This document shows positions 51,627 through 57,328 of a stretch of DNA of 57,328 nucleotides, piece by piece. A program made the position numbers and the translations under genes. The stretch is from an uncultured Gammaproteobacteria bacterium. Its GTDB lineage: Bacteria > Patescibacteriota > Microgenomatia > Daviesbacterales > UBA10151. Below the pieces are notes generated by a model, which ran no database searches, had not been told where the DNA came from, and was given only the letters and a program-made list of their open reading frames with translations. The stretch's first letter is position 1; each line of letters opens with the position of its first letter. The stretch is from the NCBI GenBank assembly GCA_964637465.1, contig CAZWTE010000001.1, forward strand, positions 1 to 57,328, read 5' to 3'.

Positions 51627-53500
51627 GAAAAGATCTAATCATAATTTTTGTCTTGATACCCCTTGTAAGTATTCTTCAATATTACTTACTTAGTAATTCG
51701 TTAACTTTGGGTTTTAAGCCTGATGATTGGATTCTTTATTTTACTTACAAAGCCCTTGGTTCAAATCCTTTATCAAACTTACCAGCTGTTTGGGCAGAAC
51801 GAGGGCTCTATACCACCTACCAAGTTTATTATATGGGTTTACTCGATAGTTTGTTTAGCTTAAATTATTTCGCGTTCCATCTGAGCAATCTCATTTTAAA
51901 GATTGTAGCAACTTTAGGTTTGTATCCTCTAATTTTAATAATTTTTAAAAAAAGATTATTGGCAGTTTTAACTGTTATCCTGTTTTCTATCAGTCCTTCA
52001 GCAGTAGGCCCCCTGGAATTTGTAGTCAAAGGCAGTGATTATCTGGCCATAATCTTTATGGAGGGGTTTTTGTTGATATATTATTTGCTGATTAGTGGTA
52101 AGCTTTCTGGCTGGAAATATTACTTTCTATTATTTATTTTTTTTATTTTCTCATTTTCCTCCTCACCTATTAGAATGTTTCCTCTTCTTGTGATACCGTT
52201 ACTTATTGAGAGCTTTTTAATATTGAAAAATCTTTCTAGAAATACGATTAAACATTCACTCAAGAGACTTTTGGTTCTTTACTTTCCTTTTATTGCTGCT
52301 TTTATTTTTTTGAGTAATGTTTCCTTAATAGGTGATGCATATGCTCCTGCAAGAATACTTAAAAAAGTTTTAGAGGGAAACTTGTATTTGATTCTGGCGC
52401 CATTTTCCGGCATAGGCTACTTATTTATTACCAATGATTACGTGGGGAAAATATTCGGTTTAATTTCAACCGATAACTTCAGAGATTATCTGACTTTCAT
52501 ATTGGGTGGGCCAACAGTTATTTTGGGATTAATAACAATTTTGGTAAGTTGGTCGCTAATTGCAAAAGGCAAGCTTATTTTTATTATCCTTACTTCCATA
52601 TTAAATTTTCTGGTACAAATACTATTTTTTTTCATTTCTACTTACCACTTTAGATTTTCTTCCTTAAATGTAAACTACGATTTTACTAATCTCTATTCGG
52701 TTATATTTGGAGGTTATATATTGACAGTAGGAGTCATGGCGTTTCTTTTCTCGCTCAAACACGAGGGTAGTCAAAATAAGCTTTTGGCGTCATTTTGGGT
52801 GGGTTCTGCTTTTTTGTTTATTTTTACCTTCTTTACTTGGGCTTTCGCGCCTTTGGGAACAGGATTTAACAGTACCAGTTACTACTTGGTGGTTGCCTCT
52901 ATAGGATCTTCCCTGATGACAGCGACTCTTTTAGTAGCAGTTTATAATAAAATAAAGTATAGCCGAATAAGATCACTGGTTAATCTTGTTTCCTTAATTC
53001 TGATCCTGATCCTGATCCTGATTTTTGTAACGGGTAGTAAGGAGATTCGTTTAAGATACTCTTCCCTAAATAGGGATGGGCGTGGCGCCTGGGGACAGAT
53101 TATATTGCAGAAAGAAGCAAGAAGAGTATTAACAAAGTATAAAGAAGGTGATTCTGCACTATTTTATTTTGACACTTCCGGTATTGTAGGTTATGGGCCA
53201 TTCTATTCCGAGGGTTTTTTGGTAAGTTTTCCACTATTTATGCTTTTTCAACGAGGTAAAGTAATTGATGGTTGTATCGGAATAATTTATGAAGATAATA
53301 AGATGTTGGTATTGAAAAACTCATTCCAGGTTCAAAATGGAATTAAAGGATTCTATTATCAAACCTTGTGTGTCAAGAACGGAAAGATGGGTGTTGTAAA
53401 TTTATTTTTCACACCCGATAATTTTTATGCATTGAAAATTAAGGACAAAAAATTGATTGATATTAAAGAAATTGTTTTGGATAAGCTAAATATTGACTAA
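51623..53500 (+). CDS. Polytopic membrane protein, same unnamed family; copy 2 (tandem)
   Basis: 625 aa. Carries GFKPDDWILYFTYKALGSNPLS...ERGLYTT, IRMFPLLVIPLLIE, and ALFYFDTSGIVGYGPFYSEG...NFYALKIKDKKLIDIKE. It shares an ATGA overlap with copy 1. Confidence 0.6.
   Translation: MRKDLIIIFVLIPLVSILQYYLLSNSLTLGFKPDDWILYFTYKALGSNPLSNLPAVWAERGLYTTYQVYYMGLLDSLFSLNYFAFHLSNLILKIVATLGLYPLILIIFKKRLLAVLTVILFSISPSAVGPLEFVVKGSDYLAIIFMEGFLLIYYLLISGKLSGWKYYFLLFIFFIFSFSSSPIRMFPLLVIPLLIESFLILKNLSRNTIKHSLKRLLVLYFPFIAAFIFLSNVSLIGDAYAPARILKKVLEGNLYLILAPFSGIGYLFITNDYVGKIFGLISTDNFRDYLTFILGGPTVILGLITILVSWSLIAKGKLIFIILTSILNFLVQILFFFISTYHFRFSSLNVNYDFTNLYSVIFGGYILTVGVMAFLFSLKHEGSQNKLLASFWVGSAFLFIFTFFTWAFAPLGTGFNSTSYYLVVASIGSSLMTATLLVAVYNKIKYSRIRSLVNLVSLILILILILIFVTGSKEIRLRYSSLNRDGRGAWGQIILQKEARRVLTKYKEGDSALFYFDTSGIVGYGPFYSEGFLVSFPLFMLFQRGKVIDGCIGIIYEDNKMLVLKNSFQVQNGIKGFYYQTLCVKNGKMGVVNLFFTPDNFYALKIKDKKLIDIKEIVLDKLNID
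52999..53022 (+). repeat. Hexanucleotide microsatellite (tctgat)(cctgat)x3 inside the CDS
   Basis: Read directly from the sequence. It encodes LILILILI within a TM helix of 51623..53500. Confidence 0.9.
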
Positions 53501-53504
53501 CTAA

Positions 53505-53711
53505 ATGAATAAAAGGATAAAAGTTGCAGTTATTATACCGGCATATAATTCAGAAAATACCCTGGGATGGGTTTATAGAAATATACCTAAAAAGGGTATT
53601 GATGGGGTTATCATAGTTGATGATGGTTTTAAAGATAACACGGTTGGATTAATGAAAAGCCTGTTAATATTTTTGGCAATTTTATTTTCTGCCGGTTATA
53701 ATAATTTCTAA
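53505..53711 (+). pseudogene. Remnant of a GT2 glycosyltransferase (only the first ~50 residues are recognisable)
   Basis: KVAVIIPAYNSENTL...IDGVIIVDDGFKDNTV matches the N-terminus of 48998..49735-type GT2s. The sequence then degenerates into a hydrophobic tail and a stop. It is followed by the only sizeable non-coding stretch of the window (53712-53877). Confidence 0.65.
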
Positions 53712-53877
53712 GACTGCGTCGGTTTCTGCCTGCTGTCCTTTTACCAAAAGCAACACCGCCGTATCTTACCTTTGTTTTTCCCGGGATAAATGTATTATTA
53801 GTTTTCACTGCCAGATATTTTAGTTCTGATTTTACTCAAAACATATATAGAGCGCAATAGTGTGATCGATTGGGGAA

Positions 53878-55638
53878 TTAAGGTTTAATTTCTGATCTGA
53901 TCTCTTCCAGTTTGTTTCTTGCTACATCAGTAATATTTACTAAATTATCTTTTCCCTGCAAATGAAAAGCATAAATCCGCTCAATAGGTACGGGTTTTAC
54001 CGGATATCCATAAGCAGGCATGGATTTACCATCGATTGCCGCTGAAGCAACTTGCCTAAAATCCTCCATCGGGACAGGAAACCCGCCGTCTTCCTCCCTT
54101 AAATTATAAAGTATGGCAGTGTGAGGTGGAAAGCCAAAAGTAATAGTGTCGTGTAAGGTTCCTCCGTTAGTCCCGTCTCCTTCAAAATAAAAAATAATAG
54201 GTTCTTTGCTCTTGCCGATTTCAGGGATACGGGGAATGGCAGACCAGATTTTTTTACTTATGTCCGCGCCGTGGCTACTTAATAAATTATTAATATAAAT
54301 TCTTGTTGCTATGACCTGAATAATCAATATTATAGAAAATGATACAAATAAGGATATCTGATTTTTTCTTTCCTTTCCCAGGCTAATTATTGTGGCCAAA
54401 AGTATAGTAATGCCTACTGCCGATACAATTAAATACCGGTAAGTAGTGGGGAATATTGAATTCGGGACCCACCACCAGGCGAAAAAGAAGGAAAGTATTG
54501 ACCAGGAAAGTCCCAAAAAAAGAGCTGTTGAAGTATTTTCCCTGTCAAAAAACTTTATCATTAGAAAGGCTGTCAAGATTGCGCCAAAACCACCAATCAA
54601 AAGCAAGAGAATATACCGGCTATCATTAAACGTAAGCAGATTAGTTTGATGTATTAATATAATTAATACAATCCAGCAAACTGCGCCTATGATAATTCTT
54701 TTTATGAATTTGACTTTAGCAACGGGCAGGTCTTTTACCACCAGGGCGGTTATTGCAGCAAATCCAAAAAATGAAGGCAATAATGCCGACCATAATAATT
54801 GTTTTTTGGAAAGAATCTGGAAAGATGACAAAATAAAATCCGGTATGATCATGCTGCCAAACATAACCAGGGGATAGAAAATGAAATCGAATCTGCCCGC
54901 TTGCAGCATTTCAGACATCGCTTTAATTCCCAAACCCATCCGTTGGGTCACTTCTTCGGCAGGGCCCTGTGAATGACCTGTGTAGCGGATGACCAGGAAT
55001 ATCCCTATAATAAGCGCCAACCGCACTCCGACTTTTTTAAGTGTTCTAATGTTTCTTTCCTGGATTATCCAGAAGGTTTCAATCAAGAAAATAAACGGCA
55101 AAGAACCGTGCATTCTGATGGGAGTTGTAATATAAGCAAGATAATAAAGTGAACCGGCTGTTATCAAAATTAATATATTTTTGTCCTCCCTTGCCCTAAG
55201 AAAGAAAAAGAGGAACAGATTAAATAAAGCAATGGTGATATAAGATGGCATATTAAAGACCCAATTAGTGGCATCAAATCCCACGACGGTAATGGAGAAA
55301 AAAATGACGGCAAACAAAGAAGCAATCCTACTTTTTGTCAGATACAAGACCAAAGGATAAAAAGAGAAAGCGGCAAGAATTCTTAATAAATAAGAAAGCA
55401 AATAATACCAGGACGATTCAAATCCAAATATTTTCTGCACCAGTCCCATTAAAATATCCTGCGCACCGTATGGCGTGAGATAGTATGTTACAAGGTTCCA
55501 TTGACCAGGAGATTTTGGTCCCAGATGCTGAAAATATCTGAAAAAGGCCAGCCAGTCATCTCCAAACAGCCCGAGCGAAAAAGTTTGATACAGGGTGAAT
55601 AAACTAACCAAAATGACAGTAATGAAGAAAAAAAGCAT
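53878..55638 (-). CDS. Polytopic membrane protein, same unnamed DDW-loop family; copy 3
   Basis: 586 aa. Carries GLFGDDWLAFFRYFQHLGPKSPG...TPYGAQDILMGLVQKIFG, IRMHGSLPFIFLIE, and FPTTYRYLIVSAVGI. The soluble C-terminal domain is EPIIFYFEGDGTNGG...RIYAFHLQGKDNLVNITD. Confidence 0.6.
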   Translation of the reverse strand: MLFFFITVILVSLFTLYQTFSLGLFGDDWLAFFRYFQHLGPKSPGQWNLVTYYLTPYGAQDILMGLVQKIFGFESSWYYLLSYLLRILAAFSFYPLVLYLTKSRIASLFAVIFFSITVVGFDATNWVFNMPSYITIALFNLFLFFFLRAREDKNILILITAGSLYYLAYITTPIRMHGSLPFIFLIETFWIIQERNIRTLKKVGVRLALIIGIFLVIRYTGHSQGPAEEVTQRMGLGIKAMSEMLQAGRFDFIFYPLVMFGSMIIPDFILSSFQILSKKQLLWSALLPSFFGFAAITALVVKDLPVAKVKFIKRIIIGAVCWIVLIILIHQTNLLTFNDSRYILLLLIGGFGAILTAFLMIKFFDRENTSTALFLGLSWSILSFFFAWWWVPNSIFPTTYRYLIVSAVGITILLATIISLGKERKNQISLFVSFSIILIIQVIATRIYINNLLSSHGADISKKIWSAIPRIPEIGKSKEPIIFYFEGDGTNGGTLHDTITFGFPPHTAILYNLREEDGGFPVPMEDFRQVASAAIDGKSMPAYGYPVKPVPIERIYAFHLQGKDNLVNITDVARNKLEEIRSEIKP

Positions 55639-55658
55639 GATTAGATAATACTTTAGAT

Positions 55659-57328
55659 TTAAGGGTTAGACAAGAGCTCCCGCAGTTTTTGCCTGGCAGC
55701 ATCAGTGATATTTACTAAGTTATCTTTCCCAATAAGTTGGAAGGCATATATTCTTTCGATACCGATTGGTTTATCTTTACCAATGGATTTTCCGTCTGTA
55801 ACTGCCGATAAAACCTCTTTCCAGTCGCTCATTGGTTGCGGAATCTTTTCTTCCCCGGGGATTTTATAGAGAATGGCCATATGGGGAGGGAAACCGAATG
55901 TGACTGAATCGCGCAAAATCGTTTCATTTGTGCCGTCACCCTGAAAATAAAAAATCATTGGTTCTGAATTTTTGCCAACTTCCGGAATATTTGGCATCTG
56001 GGACCAGATTTTATTTACTGTTTCTTTGTTGCGGGTTATATATTCTCCCGCCAGGAAATTTTTTGTAATTAGGGCATGACTGATTTGCAAAATTCCCGCA
56101 ACAAATAAAAAGATGAGTATACTTTTTTGATTTTTGCCAAGACTGATGATTTTTGCAAGTAGCAGCGAGATGCCGACAGCGGAGATTATCAAATAACGAT
56201 GAGTTGTTGGGAATATGGCCGAGGTGTTTGTTTGCCACCAGGGGTAAAGATTTGAAATTATTGTCCAGCCCAAAGCGATAATCAAACCAGCCTTAATCAG
56301 GTAATCTGTTTTAAGGTATAAAAACAGGTTAAAAACCAGGATTATTGAGTAACCGCCTACCAGCAGAGAAGATGCATTGTTGGCATTGGCGAGAACTTCA
56401 GGATTTAATTTAAGAGCGGTTAAGACTATAATCGACCAGATTGTCCCCACAAAGGTTCCGGTCCGGAGAAATTTGAAATTTAGATTGCCGATATGATGTT
56501 TTAAAATAATTAAGAGGATGAGATAAACGAGAAAAAAGGGTAAGAAAATATTAAAAAGATATTGACTCAAACTGACTATGCGTAAACCTTGTGGCAGGAA
56601 AAAATCCGGTATGACGATATTGCCTAATGTAGCCACAGGATAAAGTAAAAAATCGAAATTACCCTGGGAAAGGAGTTGAAACTTGTATTTTAGGCCGATT
56701 ACAAAACCGACGGTAGGGCTTCCACTGATAGTTTCTTTAAAACCGAGCAGGTAAATTACAAAATAAATAACAAAAAAACCCAAAATTTTTAAGCCTGATT
56801 CGGTAAAGTTCAGTTTTTTCTTAACAGCCATCAGTATTTCTAAAAAAATCAGAAAAGGAATAAGGCCATGAGCCCTGATAGGTGTTGCTAAAAAAGTTAA
56901 ACCAAAGAAAAAATAAATTAGCAAAAGGGTTTTAATATTGCTGTTTTGATAATACTTTAAGGAAAAAAACAGCAGGAAACTGAAAAAGGTAATTGCAAGG
57001 TAGGATGGCATGTTAAACACCCAGCTGCTGGCGCCCAGTCCTACCGGGGAGAATAAGAAGAAGAAAACAGCAAACCAAGAAGTAAGTTTTTGTTTAGTTA
57101 AAAGAAAAGCCGGGAAGTAGAGGGAGAAAGCAGCGATTACTCTTAGGGTATAAGAAAGGAGAAAGTAAATATTAGATTCGCTCCCAAAAGATTTATAGAG
57201 GAAAGCCATTATAGCGTCTTGGGAACCATAAGCATTAAGGAGGTATTTAAAATTATTAAAATATTCTGTTGAGTAAAGCCCCAGATGCTTTGGTTCGTCT
57301 AAATAATAGGAGTATCTAAATATGGCCA
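55659..57328 (-). CDS. Polytopic membrane protein, same family; copy 4, with its 5' end beyond the window edge
   Basis: The frame stays open upstream of the ATG at 57209 to the window end (..AIFRYSYYLDEPKHLGLYSTEYFNNFKYLLNAYGSQDAIMAFLYKSFG). That stretch aligns to FFRYFQHLGP...TPYGAQDILMGLVQKIFG of copy 3. It also carries IRAHGLIPFLIFLE, FPTTHRYLIISAVGI, and RIYAFQLIGKDNLVNITD. Confidence 0.65.
   Translation of the reverse strand, partial: AIFRYSYYLDEPKHLGLYSTEYFNNFKYLLNAYGSQDAIMAFLYKSFGSESNIYFLLSYTLRVIAAFSLYFPAFLLTKQKLTSWFAVFFFLFSPVGLGASSWVFNMPSYLAITFFSFLLFFSLKYYQNSNIKTLLLIYFFFGLTFLATPIRAHGLIPFLIFLEILMAVKKKLNFTESGLKILGFFVIYFVIYLLGFKETISGSPTVGFVIGLKYKFQLLSQGNFDFLLYPVATLGNIVIPDFFLPQGLRIVSLSQYLFNIFLPFFLVYLILLIILKHHIGNLNFKFLRTGTFVGTIWSIIVLTALKLNPEVLANANNASSLLVGGYSIILVFNLFLYLKTDYLIKAGLIIALGWTIISNLYPWWQTNTSAIFPTTHRYLIISAVGISLLLAKIISLGKNQKSILIFLFVAGILQISHALITKNFLAGEYITRNKETVNKIWSQMPNIPEVGKNSEPMIFYFQGDGTNETILRDSVTFGFPPHMAILYKIPGEEKIPQPMSDWKEVLSAVTDGKSIGKDKPIGIERIYAFQLIGKDNLVNITDAARQKLRELLSNP

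Noticed and set aside
52999-53022. Hexanucleotide repeat (cctgat)n as a phase-variation switch
   Set aside because: The unit length is a multiple of three, so slippage only adds or removes Leu-Ile pairs in a TM helix. There are only about 4 units. It is probably a trivial microsatellite.
53712-53877. The non-coding gap as a tRNA, small RNA or bidirectional terminator
   Set aside because: I could find no cloverleaf-compatible arms and no convincing GC-rich hairpin followed by a T-tract. It is more simply explained as the decayed 3' part of the GT2 remnant. A covariance-model scan would be needed to be sure.
1-57328. CRISPR arrays, transposons/IS elements, integrases, prophage or known defence-system genes
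   Set aside because: No direct-repeat/spacer periodicity was seen. No transposase, integrase, recombinase, nuclease, helicase or reverse-transcriptase-like ORF was seen. No flanking inverted or direct repeats were noticed. Every long ORF is accounted for by glycan-related families.

Overview
This is an AT-rich, very gene-dense bacterial window with about 42 genes and almost no intergenic DNA. Every gene I can call is devoted to glycan assembly. I saw no rRNA, tRNA, CRISPR array, transposase, integrase, phage or recognisable defence gene. Ten transcription units alternate in strand: + 1-12846, - 12807-14246, + 14396-18024, - 18030-20435, + 20498-43255 (22 ORFs over 22.8 kb, mostly joined by ATGA/TAATG overlaps), - 43218-43970, + 44074-48133, - 48120-49735, + 49758-53711, - 53878-57328. 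Both window edges cut genes.

Gene content:
- 22 large polytopic membrane proteins that look like GT-C-fold (polyprenyl-phosphate-sugar dependent) glycosyltransferases, from about eight families: ArnT/PMT_2-like x3; a WDE..GYNAYS..PHALR PMT_2-like family x7, six of them in one head-to-tail array at 24414-33805; PTPS_related x2; YfhO x1; GT87/DUF2029-like x1; PIG-V-like x1; and two families I cannot name, x3 and x4.
- 7 intact GT2 genes plus one GT2 remnant, and 3 GT4 genes.
- 2 Wzx-type flippases.
- A nucleotide-sugar set: a GDP-mannose 3,5-epimerase-like enzyme, a nucleotide-sugar dehydrogenase, an SDR epimerase, a sugar C-methyltransferase and an RmlD-like reductase.
- A membrane-anchored beta-propeller-like protein and a small secreted helical protein.

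Most notable observations:
- The scale and diversity of the GT-C expansion, with no recognisable initiating phosphoglycosyltransferase, Wzy, Wzz or WaaL.
- Three GT-C paralogues interrupted by in-frame TAG (6144), TAA (27277), and TGA plus a frameshift (41439-41490), alongside a decayed GT2 (53505-53711).
- A 16-nt poly-T tract inside the C-methyltransferase that replaces a zinc-ligand CxxC motif.
- -10-like hexamers sitting 5-7 nt from the first start codon of several transcription units, suggesting leaderless mRNAs.

The gene style suggests a Patescibacteria/CPR (Microgenomates-like) genome, but that is inference only. All functional calls come from motif recognition by eye; no database search was run.
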